Source: a virus
Taxonomy: Duplodnaviria > Heunggongvirae > Uroviricota > Caudoviricetes
Virus record (IMG/VR): IMGVR_UViG_3300035034_001740
Coordinates: 1-12,475 of that record
DNA length: 12,475 nucleotides
Strand: one strand, 5' to 3'
In this document: piece by piece, positions 1-7,042 of the stretch
Numbering within the stretch: the first letter of the stretch is position 1
Layout of the letters: each line of letters starts with the position of its first letter
Notes under the pieces: model-generated
What the model was told of the DNA's origin: nothing
Seen by the model: the letters and a program-made list of their open reading frames with translations, nothing else
Database searches by the model: none
Position numbers and translations under genes: made by a program

Positions 1-1
1 C

Positions 2-130
2 AAGACTACTCACGGAGACGGAACTATCAGTCATCTCTGGCTTAACGATGGAATCTGCCAGCACCTCTCCGACTCCACGGATGGTCTAGCGGGGCAAACG
101 CTACCCCTGATTTCTTTGGAGAACGCATGA
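2..130 (+). CDS. 3' end of a small phage protein (DUF6527-like), partial; part of the high-GC segment
   Basis: My translation of frame 2, open from the window edge: KTTHGDGTISHLWLNDGICQHLSDSTDGLAGQTLPLISLENA*. It resembles the C-terminal 'CHSFxxDGxIQFLxDCTHxLAGQTVxL' pattern of DUF6527-type phage proteins (recalled, not searched). The stop TGA overlaps the next ATG (ATGA, 127-130). Confidence 0.45.
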   Translation, partial: KTTHGDGTISHLWLNDGICQHLSDSTDGLAGQTLPLISLENA

Positions 131-282
131 AGCCAGGCATCCACAACGAGCGAAGCGAGGCAGAGGATTGTCCTGCGCTGTTTTGTTCTCTCCTCGATTT
201 GTTTTGTTGCGGAGGCGGGGCTTCCGAAGGCTATTCCCGCGCCGGATTCACCGTGACGGGTGTAGACATCAAGCCACACCAA
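127..282 (+). pseudogene. N-terminal fragment of a C5-cytosine DNA methyltransferase (motif I only), fused in-frame to Thg1
   Basis: LLDLFCCGGGASEGYSRAGFTVTGVDIKP is the SAM-binding motif I (LDLFxGxGG...G..AGF.V.GVD) of phage DNA cytosine methylases. No catalytic PC motif follows. GC of 1-280 counted as 156/280 (~56%). Confidence 0.75.
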
Positions 283-909
283 ACCGATGCGTTTTTCGGT
301 GGTCAGATTCAAAAGATGTGTTCGGTTGTTGCTAGTATGGCAACTGCTAAGTTTAATGAACTTAGAAGCCGGAGATATTGGAATATTGACAGTGACATGG
401 AAGACTGGGACAAAAATAGTAAACAGATTAAGAATATTAGGGGTGAGTTCTCTGATGGGTATAATGTATTTGAACACAAAGTATGTCTGGGTGATATTGT
501 GAATTATGTTCCAAATTTGCCATTGGCGATTTTTGACGCTCGTGCGTTTAATGTTCCTAACTTTGGCGAAGTGTTGAATTATCTTCGATGGAGACAGCGT
601 GATGCTGTAAAGAACTCAATCTCTATGGTCGCACAGTCTTTGTATTCTAGTAAAGAGTTACACGGAAAGAACGGAAACGAACAACAAGAATTGATCTTCC
701 AAAAAGGCCAAAACTGGAACGATTTCAATCCTTCTGTAAAACGAGGAACCACTGTTGTCATGCGATTCGAAGAATATAACGATACTGAACACGGTAAGTA
801 TCAACGAAGGGTTTGGACTTCTGAAACTCCTGATTTATGCAAAGATGATGGTGTATCATACCTTGAAAAACATCTTCTACCTTTTTATAAACCGATTCAA
901 AACAGTTGA
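283..909 (+). CDS. thg1: tRNA-His guanylyltransferase (Thg1-like, 3'-5' polymerase), C-terminal part lacking the N-terminal catalytic motifs
   Basis: TDAFFGGQIQKMCSVVASMATAKFN, FDARAFNVP, NYLRWRQRDAVKNSISMVAQ and ELHGKN...GQNWND...KRG are Thg1/TLP motifs. The N-terminal DG..F and SDE metal-binding motifs are absent and replaced by methylase sequence. Confidence 0.85.
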   Translation, partial: TDAFFGGQIQKMCSVVASMATAKFNELRSRRYWNIDSDMEDWDKNSKQIKNIRGEFSDGYNVFEHKVCLGDIVNYVPNLPLAIFDARAFNVPNFGEVLNYLRWRQRDAVKNSISMVAQSLYSSKELHGKNGNEQQELIFQKGQNWNDFNPSVKRGTTVVMRFEEYNDTEHGKYQRRVWTSETPDLCKDDGVSYLEKHLLPFYKPIQNS

Positions 910-1183
910 AAAGAATTGTGATGGGTTGTAAGCCTGACACTTACAAGTTTACAGTTGGATATATTGAGGTAGTCAATGGTAATAGGTCGGTCATGAATGA
1001 CATAAAAATCTGGTATCCGAAGGTAAAAGACGGTGGGATATTAGCTGGATACGACTACTTTTATAGAAACTTAAGACGTAATCTTGTGGAGGTGTCACTA
1101 GCGGTAAAAGACTTTTTTACAATAAACATGATATTTATAGTACTACAGAGGATTTGCCTTCTTGGTATATCTTCAAAGATTGA
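906..1183 (+). pseudogene. Degraded class I SAM-dependent methyltransferase (Methyltransf_24-like) C-terminal remnant, frameshifted
   Basis: DIKIWYPKVKDGGILAGYDY matches the D...W.PKVK.GGILAGHDY motif. The usual YIDGxH motif is eroded and the N-terminus is missing. A -1 shift at the T6 run (1113-1118) gives YNKHDIYSTTEDLPSWYIFKD*, ending at 1183 just before the next ATG at 1189. Confidence 0.6.
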
Positions 1184-1188
1184 CTACT

Positions 1189-1383
1189 ATGAAAACTAAA
1201 ACGACACCCGAAACAAAGACTTCCGCAGAGTGGTTGCACTCCGACGAATTCAAAAATATCATTATAAAAGAACCGTTGGGGTGGGATGCTGATAACTGGA
1301 CATCGGATTTCTACGAAAATAAAATATCCCTAGAAGAGTTCACAATCAGACTTCTAAAGTCTAAGATTGAAATAATGAAATGA
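1189..1383 (+). CDS. Hypothetical phage protein (64 aa)
   Basis: ATG at 1189 (MKTKTTPETK...) is preferred over the track start at 1162 because it follows the repaired upstream stop. ATGA overlap with NUDIX. Confidence 0.7.
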   Translation: MKTKTTPETKTSAEWLHSDEFKNIIIKEPLGWDADNWTSDFYENKISLEEFTIRLLKSKIEIMK

Positions 1384-1829
1384 GAGAAGTAATATCATCA
1401 GGAATCTTAATTAAAGGGGACGACAAGTTTCTATTGTGTCACCCCACGGGAATGAAACCACACCAAGGGTGGGGAATTCCAAAAGGTAGAGTTGACCCAG
1501 GAGAATCGATTGAACAAACAGCTGTGAGAGAAACGTTCGAAGAATGTGGTTTACGTATTCCTATATCTGAGATAAAGCCCTTTCATGAAACTTCTTACAG
1601 ATCAAGTGACGAAGAAGGACCGATTCGAAAGTTTTTGAAAGTTTTTTTATATGAAACGGATGAGGATATTCAACTCAAGGAACTTGAGTGTAATTCTTAT
1701 TTCACTCCTCGTTGGGCAAAGTCTGAGAACGTCAAGGTTCTTGAAGTTGACCAATTTCGATGGGTGACACTGGATGAGGCTAAAGGTTTGGCTATGAGGT
1801 CTATAAAAAGTGTATTTGATTTATTTTAA
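1380..1829 (+). CDS. NUDIX hydrolase
   Basis: Complete Nudix box GRVDPGESIEQTAVRETFEECGL (G-x5-E-x7-RE-x-x-EE-x-G-L), preceded by WGIPKG. Confidence 0.93.
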   Translation: MREVISSGILIKGDDKFLLCHPTGMKPHQGWGIPKGRVDPGESIEQTAVRETFEECGLRIPISEIKPFHETSYRSSDEEGPIRKFLKVFLYETDEDIQLKELECNSYFTPRWAKSENVKVLEVDQFRWVTLDEAKGLAMRSIKSVFDLF

Positions 1830-1830
1830 A

Positions 1831-1860
1831 TTGACGAGTCGCAAGTCGTTGGTCTATAAT
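1831..1860 (+). promoter_or_regulatory. Sigma70-type promoter
   Basis: TTGACG (1831-1836), 18-nt spacer, TATAAT (1855-1860), in the intergenic gap. ATG follows 6 nt later at 1867. Confidence 0.7.
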
Positions 1861-1866
1861 ATTTTT

Positions 1867-2376
1867 ATGAATCAAATAGTCGAACAATTAAAGGTTTTAG
1901 ATGATGCTACTATAAGCTTAGTAATTTCGTTTTATCTAACAGCTCATGATGAGTATCAAATTGCGTTAACAATCTTAGACACTGCTCTATCAGAAGGTAA
2001 AGTATCCAGAAGTCATTTGAAAGATAGTGTAGACGTTGTTAAAAACAAACAAGAGAAGTTTAAACTTCTTGATGATATATTAATAGGGTTACACTCACTC
2101 TATAAGAAGAAGATTGAGACAATTATACGTAATGCAGAGCCTGTCTTTCGTAAAGCCGATTCTGAACGTGATGAACAAATTGCACGTGAGGAAGACAGTA
2201 TGATTGTTGAGCACCTCAGAGAACAGTATAAAAAAGAATCACAGTTTCCAGATGGTGGAATTGATAAGTCTCATGGTTCTGAAGCTGATGACTCAAGTGG
2301 AATTCTAACGAACGGCGTTTCGTCACGTTTCGTAGGGGGAGACAACACTGGAATGAACAGTTCGTTCGATCACTAA
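1867..2376 (+). CDS. Hypothetical protein (helical N-terminus, low-complexity C-terminus)
   Basis: Open frame. The start is moved from 1810 to ATG 1867 (MNQIVEQ) because 1810-1866 overlaps NUDIX and the promoter. TAATG coupling to the next gene. Confidence 0.7.
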   Translation: MNQIVEQLKVLDDATISLVISFYLTAHDEYQIALTILDTALSEGKVSRSHLKDSVDVVKNKQEKFKLLDDILIGLHSLYKKKIETIIRNAEPVFRKADSERDEQIAREEDSMIVEHLREQYKKESQFPDGGIDKSHGSEADDSSGILTNGVSSRFVGGDNTGMNSSFDH

Positions 2377-2870
2377 TGCCCGCCAAGAAAACAGTTAAGA
2401 AGAAAGCAGCCAAGAAATCAAAAGGCCCGAAGAAGTTGGGTTTGTTTGACCACTTGAATGCTGTCAAATCTGAACAAGACCCAAAATACTTTGAGAAGAT
2501 GTCTGATGAAGATAAAAAGACTTGGAGTAATTGGATGATTCTAAAAGCGTTATCGTATAACATCGATTATCTGTTTGTGGCCAATTGGGCTCAACAGATG
2601 ATTAGTCTTCCGCCTGAACACATGTATTCGGTTCTTATTGAGATCATTCCAAAACAAAGAACTTTTGATAAGTTCATCAAAGGAAAGAACGCAGATAAGT
2701 TCGACGAGGGTTTGATTGAGTTGGTGGCTCACTTTTTCTTGGTTTCTAACAAGGAAGCTTTTGACTATTTGAGTATTTTTGTATCGTGTGATGAAGGCAA
2801 AAACGACTTGATTAACATATTGGAGAAACACGGTTATACTGAAAAAGAAATTAAAAAATTGAAACTATGA
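2376..2870 (+). CDS. Sliding clamp loader small subunit (T4 gp62-like)
   Basis: LFDHLNAV...WSNWMILKALS.NID.LFVAN...PKQRTFDKFIK...LIELVAHFFLVSNKEAFDYL fits the gp62 family pattern. Lys/Ala-rich N-terminal extension. Confidence 0.75.
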   Translation: MPAKKTVKKKAAKKSKGPKKLGLFDHLNAVKSEQDPKYFEKMSDEDKKTWSNWMILKALSYNIDYLFVANWAQQMISLPPEHMYSVLIEIIPKQRTFDKFIKGKNADKFDEGLIELVAHFFLVSNKEAFDYLSIFVSCDEGKNDLINILEKHGYTEKEIKKLKL

Positions 2871-3478
2871 AGCAAAAAATAATTGGATTGACAGGTTTTG
2901 CCAGGTCTGGTAAAGATAGCTTTTACAAAATCGCTTCGGAGATTTTAAAAGAAGAATATAATTTAAAGTCTATGAGATATGCCTTAGCTGATGCTTTGAA
3001 AGCTGATACTAAGAATTTTATCTACGATAAGGTTGGGTTGGATGTTTATACAGATAATCCAGATGAGAAGTCTATTTTCCGCCCACTGTTAGTAGCATAT
3101 GGTAAGTGTAAGCGTGTTCAATCTAATGGAACGTATTGGACATCCCTTTTACAAAACAAGATTGAATTAGATACTGAAAGTGATGTAGTCTTCGTCACTG
3201 ACATTCGATATGCTGAATATGAACAGGACGAAGTTCAATGGATTAAGAATGTAATGGGTGGTGACTTAATTCATATTACGAAATATGAAGAAGATGGGTT
3301 TGGAGGAAAACTTTACATAAAACCACCCAACGACGATGAAGCTAAAAACGATCCCGTAATAAGAAGTCATGCAGATGCTTTATTTCAATGGCGCCACAGT
3401 CTAGATGCTGGTGGAGTTATGGATACAGAATACATGAAATCTGTAGTTCGTCCATTACTACAAAAAATTATGAATTAA
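2867..3478 (+). CDS. Deoxynucleoside monophosphate kinase (T4 gp1-like)
   Basis: N-terminal P-loop IIGLTGFARSGKD, plus YALADALK, RPLLVAYG and VFVTDIRY motifs. Confidence 0.88.
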   Translation: MKQKIIGLTGFARSGKDSFYKIASEILKEEYNLKSMRYALADALKADTKNFIYDKVGLDVYTDNPDEKSIFRPLLVAYGKCKRVQSNGTYWTSLLQNKIELDTESDVVFVTDIRYAEYEQDEVQWIKNVMGGDLIHITKYEEDGFGGKLYIKPPNDDEAKNDPVIRSHADALFQWRHSLDAGGVMDTEYMKSVVRPLLQKIMN

Positions 3479-3539
3479 GTATAAAAACAAAAAGACATTT
3501 GAACTCCTATATAAAGGATATTATAGAAGATTGCCCTAA

Positions 3540-3565
3540 ATAGTTATATATATGATATTTATATA
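3540..3565 (+). promoter_or_regulatory. Tandem ATAnnTATATA motif (candidate phage-specific promoter)
   Basis: ATAGTTATATA (3540-3550) and ATATTTATATA (3555-3565), the second 4 nt before ATG 3570. The same 11-mer precedes the gene starting at 11855 on the minus strand. Confidence 0.45.
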
Positions 3566-3569
3566 TGCT

Positions 3570-3899
3570 ATGAAAAGTAAAATTCAACTCGAAATTAATG
3601 AGTCGGACGTTCTCAAATCAATAGCATCTCAAAGCAAAGATGAAACATTCGACTTTGTGGATAAGATACTAAACCATTACGAATATCCGTCGGAAATTGC
3701 AGGTGAACTAATTAACCATTTAGAGGGATATATTGACAGTTATCAAAGATCCGAATATCAACACGAAATACAATCATATGTTGATGGTTCCGGTAATCTA
3801 ACTGGAAAATACAAACCCAAAGAAAAAAGGGTACAGTTAGATAAAAAACCTCGAAAGTTAGATTTTTCGAAGGATAAGCCAAGTTATTGTCTAAAATGA
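3570..3899 (+). CDS. Hypothetical protein
   Basis: Open frame. The start is probably ATG 3570 (MKSKIQ) rather than 3552, which lies inside the AT-rich motif. Confidence 0.7.
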   Translation: MKSKIQLEINESDVLKSIASQSKDETFDFVDKILNHYEYPSEIAGELINHLEGYIDSYQRSEYQHEIQSYVDGSGNLTGKYKPKEKRVQLDKKPRKLDFSKDKPSYCLK

Positions 3900-3900
3900 G

Positions 3901-3929
3901 TTGACACTGAGTTATATATTTCGTATTGT
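3901..3929 (+). promoter_or_regulatory. Sigma70-type promoter
   Basis: TTGACA (3901-3906), 17-nt spacer, TATTGT (3924-3929). ATG follows 6 nt later at 3936. Confidence 0.7.
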
Positions 3930-3935
3930 ATAACC

Positions 3936-4364
3936 ATGAGCTTCTTATTTCTTGATGACGAACGAAACCCATCCCAAGTTAAATGGGGTGTAGATATCGT
4001 AGGTGCATGTGGTCAATTTGATTTGCCACCCGCTCCTTGGGATATTGTGTGTAACTATGATGAATTCGTAAAGTATATTGATACGAAAGGAGTACCTGTG
4101 TGGGTTGCGTTCGACCACGACTTGGCGGATGAACATTATCGTAAATCCATGTATGATCCAGACAAACATTACAGCGATTACTACACAGACGGTACTTTCA
4201 AAGAGAAGACAGGCAAGTCTTGTGCCGATTATCTAGTTCAATATTGTGTCGATAATAAGTTGAAACTGCCTGAACAAATGTTCATACACTCTATGAATCC
4301 AATTGGAAGGGAAAATATCCAAAGTGTATTTAAATCCGCGAAACGAACCTTTGACTTTTTATAA
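3936..4364 (+). CDS. Cyclic-phosphate processing receiver (cREC) domain protein
   Basis: LFLDDER.P, NYDEFVKYI, AFDHDL, KTG..CA.YL and IHSMNPIGRENI match the cREC/REC-like family linked to RNA end processing. Confidence 0.8.
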   Translation: MSFLFLDDERNPSQVKWGVDIVGACGQFDLPPAPWDIVCNYDEFVKYIDTKGVPVWVAFDHDLADEHYRKSMYDPDKHYSDYYTDGTFKEKTGKSCADYLVQYCVDNKLKLPEQMFIHSMNPIGRENIQSVFKSAKRTFDFL

Positions 4365-4365
4365 T

Positions 4366-4482
4366 ATGAAAATTCCAAGAGAATTAATCGATAAACAAAT
4401 CGAGCCGCGCTTATTGGGTTACTCTGACTCCGAACGTGGCAAACTGCGACTTCAAGTTAGGAAAATGTATCACGCTATATAA
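4366..4482 (+). CDS. Small hypothetical protein (38 aa), not in the ORF track
   Basis: MKIPRELIDKQIEPRLLGYSDSERGKLRLQVRKMYHAI*. It starts 1 nt after the cREC stop, and its TAA overlaps the next ATG (TAATG), filling the gap exactly. Confidence 0.6.
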   Translation: MKIPRELIDKQIEPRLLGYSDSERGKLRLQVRKMYHAI

Positions 4483-5204
4483 TGAACTTCTTAGATTACA
4501 GTGAAGAGATACATTATCCGATTTATTTGCAGTTGTGTACACAACCAGCAACTAACGAATTGTTCAGGTCGACGATTGACAATTTTCACTCATATGTAAA
4601 TTTTGTTTCAAGCCCAACACGCAATCTCCGTTGGTTAATCTACCAAACCGACAATAATAAGTTGTTAGGTGCTATTGGTTTATCAAGTTGTGTATTGGCT
4701 ATCAAATGCCGTGATGATTATATTGGTTGGTCTAAAGATTCACGATTGAAAAACAGTAACAAGGTCGCCAACAATTCAAGATTTTGTTTAATTCCAAATG
4801 CTACTGATATGAAAAATGTTGGGAGCATGGCTTTACGTCTGTTAAGAACGGATGGAGCTACAGAATGGAAACGTCGTTATGGTGATGACCTCATTGGAAT
4901 TGAAACTTATATTGAACCCATTGCAGATGGTGACTTGTATCGTAGCGGAACAGTCTACAAAGCTGATAATTGGACATACATGGGAATGACGAGTGGTAAT
5001 AGTATACGAAAAGCTCCATTGAGACTCTGGAAACAGGAAGATAGCGCAAGAGGAAAATTGGCTCGTCAGAATCCCGAAGCAGCTTGTGAGAAATACGGTT
5101 ACAATAAACAGGGATATGTAGTTAAAGATTCCAAACCGAAAATGGTATTTTTTAAACCGCTCACGAAAAAATGGAGAAACGAATTGTTGAATTATGAGGA
5201 TTGA
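4482..5204 (+). CDS. DUF4338/DruA-family protein (Mom-like, putative GNAT fold)
   Basis: FHSY...RNLRWLI...LLGAIGLSS...RDDYIGW...NNSRFCLIP...W..RYG...IETY...G.VYKADNWTYMGMTSG reproduces the DUF4338 motif series. No other Druantia genes are present in the window. Confidence 0.8.
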   Translation: MNFLDYSEEIHYPIYLQLCTQPATNELFRSTIDNFHSYVNFVSSPTRNLRWLIYQTDNNKLLGAIGLSSCVLAIKCRDDYIGWSKDSRLKNSNKVANNSRFCLIPNATDMKNVGSMALRLLRTDGATEWKRRYGDDLIGIETYIEPIADGDLYRSGTVYKADNWTYMGMTSGNSIRKAPLRLWKQEDSARGKLARQNPEAACEKYGYNKQGYVVKDSKPKMVFFKPLTKKWRNELLNYED

Positions 5205-5254
5205 GTCTGAACTTGAATTTTGTGAGAACTATATAACGACTAATATAAAAACTA

Positions 5255-5506
5255 ATGAAAATTGATTTATACCCACTTGATATGTTGACAATACCACAGT
5301 TGAAGCTTTGGTTTCGATTGTTTTGTAACTTATTTAAACGGAAGGCAAATGCAAAACCGACTAGGTTATATTACCCAAGACACAATAAATCATTGTCGGT
5401 TGAAGTTATTAAAGTCACTGACTATTCGGTAGAATACAAATCTAGTGGAACGATAAAAACTAGATCCCGAAAAGGATTTGAAAAGAGTTATCTGCCGATT
5501 AAGTGA
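5255..5506 (+). CDS. Hypothetical protein
   Basis: 83-aa ORF with an A-rich upstream region. Its stop abuts the convergent gene with no gap. Confidence 0.6.
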   Translation: MKIDLYPLDMLTIPQLKLWFRLFCNLFKRKANAKPTRLYYPRHNKSLSVEVIKVTDYSVEYKSSGTIKTRSRKGFEKSYLPIK

Positions 5507-6157
5507 TTAATCATACTTACAAGGTATATCCTCGAAATCCAGATCGAATTGTTCACAGATATCCATACATTTCAGCCAAGCTGATTTAGCTTCTTGTGGG
5601 TTGTCGGATTTTGATAATTGTTTTAACTTCTTTAATTTGGCGAACATTCCAGAATCCATGTTCTGATAAATATATTTATCCATATGAGGAACTCTCTCAC
5701 CTGTATCGAAATCGTCAATTCCATCCGCATGGTTTTCCGATAAGTCATTAAGTTCGTCAATGTCTACTTCAATCTTAGATTCATAATCAGATTGAAGGTT
5801 TCCATACTTTTCTTCATAGAGCTTTTTCAATTCGGAGACATCTTCGATTTGTTCACCGTATTCTCCTGTTAGGAAATATAACATGTTCAAAATAGGCGTG
5901 TGAACAGTCGGCATGAATTCGTTACTGTCTTTAAAGAACTCTTCTGCTTCTAGAGTCCCTTCTCTAATACCAGCATTCTCTAACATCAATTGACGTTTTC
6001 GTGTTCCTCTTTCAATATCTTTAGCATATTTCTTACTGTATTCTGCTGCTGTGGAATCTAAACTTTGTTTTGACTTTTTGGTTTCCTCTTTGGCTTCTTT
6101 TAAACTTTCGAAACAGAAGTCATTTTTCATTAAATCTATAAGTGAGTAATTATTCAT
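5507..6157 (-). CDS. Acidic protein with C-terminal DUF2786-like helical domain
   Basis: MFAKLKKLKQLSKSDNPQEAKSAWLKCMDICEQFDL fits DUF2786 (.KI.KL..LA.S.N..EA..A..KA..L...). The remainder is D/E-rich. Confidence 0.6.
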   Translation of the reverse strand: MNNYSLIDLMKNDFCFESLKEAKEETKKSKQSLDSTAAEYSKKYAKDIERGTRKRQLMLENAGIREGTLEAEEFFKDSNEFMPTVHTPILNMLYFLTGEYGEQIEDVSELKKLYEEKYGNLQSDYESKIEVDIDELNDLSENHADGIDDFDTGERVPHMDKYIYQNMDSGMFAKLKKLKQLSKSDNPQEAKSAWLKCMDICEQFDLDFEDIPCKYD

Positions 6158-6175
6158 AATTTTTTAGTTTCTTTG

Positions 6176-6192
6176 TATATATGTATATATAT
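6176..6192. promoter_or_regulatory. Bidirectional AT-repeat containing ATAnnTATATA on both strands between divergent genes
   Basis: Plus strand ATATGTATATA (6179-6189), 3 nt before ATG 6193. Minus strand ATACATATATA (6186-6176), 18 nt before ATG 6157. Confidence 0.4.
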
Positions 6193-6459
6193 ATGAGAGA
6201 TGTTAAAAAGTTACGCAAGAGGGTTGAAAAATGTATTTTCTGTGGTGAGAATGATAAGGTTGTATTGGATGTACACCGAATCAATGAGGGTTATAAAGGC
6301 GGAGAATACACGTTGGAGAATAGTCTAACTACGTGCAGCAATTGTCACCGAAGGGTTCACCACAGTGGACGTTATAAAATAGATGGTTGGGTTATGACCA
6401 CCGGCGGTTTACGACTACACTGCTGGATTGACGAAGAGGAACAATATCTCAAGAGGTAA
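6193..6459 (+). CDS. Small HNH endonuclease (zinc-binding)
   Basis: CIFC...DVHRI...GG.Y..EN..TTCSNCHRRVH gives CxxC / H / N / CxxCH..H. The start is probably ATG 6193 (6181 lies in the AT repeat). Confidence 0.85.
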   Translation: MRDVKKLRKRVEKCIFCGENDKVVLDVHRINEGYKGGEYTLENSLTTCSNCHRRVHHSGRYKIDGWVMTTGGLRLHCWIDEEEQYLKR

Positions 6460-7042
6460 TTTGAGAAGACACTTTGGGTAACATATAGTCATCAATCGAT
6501 ATATCAGAAGGTTTAGTATGAACCACCTTTTTTATAATTTCAGGGTTGTGAATTACCAACCATTCTTCTTCACCTGACTGAGATTGTAACGAAGCGTCAA
6601 CACCGTGTTCTACTACAAACTTCATAACCTCCATAGCTTGTTTACCGCCAATTTCTAAATTCACACTCATGTTCAACATTATGAATGCTGGAAGTCTACC
6701 CATACGGTCATATGATTTTTGAATTGCATCTAAAAAGTCTCGTCGGTTCTTGGTTCCAATATATAACTTGACAAAGTTAACAGCATCTTCTATGGGAATA
6801 TCAACTGCGTCCGCTAGAGTAATATCTTTATCGACATATACAATGGATACAACATTCGAACCACGGCCATATTTCTGTGCGGTTTCATAATTTGTTGTCG
6901 TATAAATCCCAGCACCCGCTTCATACCTTCCTTTTTTTGGTGCTGATACTGAAGCATCCCATCTACTCCATTTTTTACCGCCGTGATATACTTTAATGTA
7001 ATCCTCAACGGATTCATTTAAAATTGATTTTAATTTTATCAT
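6449..7042 (-). CDS. ADP-ribosyltransferase-like protein (H-Y-E type) with N-terminal MIKLKSILNE tag
   Basis: VYHG (beta1 His), GAGIYTTTNYETAQKY (G.GIY.T...A..Y) and EEEWLVIHNP (late Glu strand) match ART-fold motifs. Confidence 0.65.
   Translation of the reverse strand: MIKLKSILNESVEDYIKVYHGGKKWSRWDASVSAPKKGRYEAGAGIYTTTNYETAQKYGRGSNVVSIVYVDKDITLADAVDIPIEDAVNFVKLYIGTKNRRDFLDAIQKSYDRMGRLPAFIMLNMSVNLEIGGKQAMEVMKFVVEHGVDASLQSQSGEEEWLVIHNPEIIKKVVHTKPSDISIDDYMLPKVSSQITS

Noticed and set aside
141-191. Possible attC-like remnant (CCACAAC...GAGCGAAGCGAG...GTTCTCT) in the methylase leader
   Set aside because: It is only ~50 nt, the core sites are imperfect and the hairpin is weak. It is a single copy with no integrase in the window.
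31-477. Antisense or alternate-frame ORFs in the track (31..477, 287..502, 579..761, 758..940, 2216..2563, 2550..2831, 3712..3972, 3945..4169, 6814..7017, 7127..7312, 7697..7912, 8024..8380, 8713..8928, 10199..10390, 11236..11514, 11740..11922, 12201..12401)
   Set aside because: They overlap better-supported genes with recognisable motifs and show no motifs or coupling of their own. 12201..12401 is the antisense shadow of groES.
3570-3605. MKSKIQLEINE|S as another tag instance
   Set aside because: It lacks the K-L-K and the paired hydrophobic residues at positions 7-8, and lies in the plus-strand block. Too weak to count.
4351-4365. TTGACT and TATAAT next to each other before ATG 4366
   Set aside because: The boxes are only 3 nt apart and no -35 lies at 16-18 nt spacing. 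The TATAAT includes the upstream stop codon.
4482-5204. Complete Druantia defence system
   Set aside because: Only a DruA-like gene is present. There is no DruE helicase or other dru gene, and the context is phage.
5504-5513. Perfect palindrome TGATTAATCA at the convergent gene junction
   Set aside because: It is only 10 bp, AT-rich and formed by two abutting stop codons. It has no GC stem or U-tract, so it is not a terminator.
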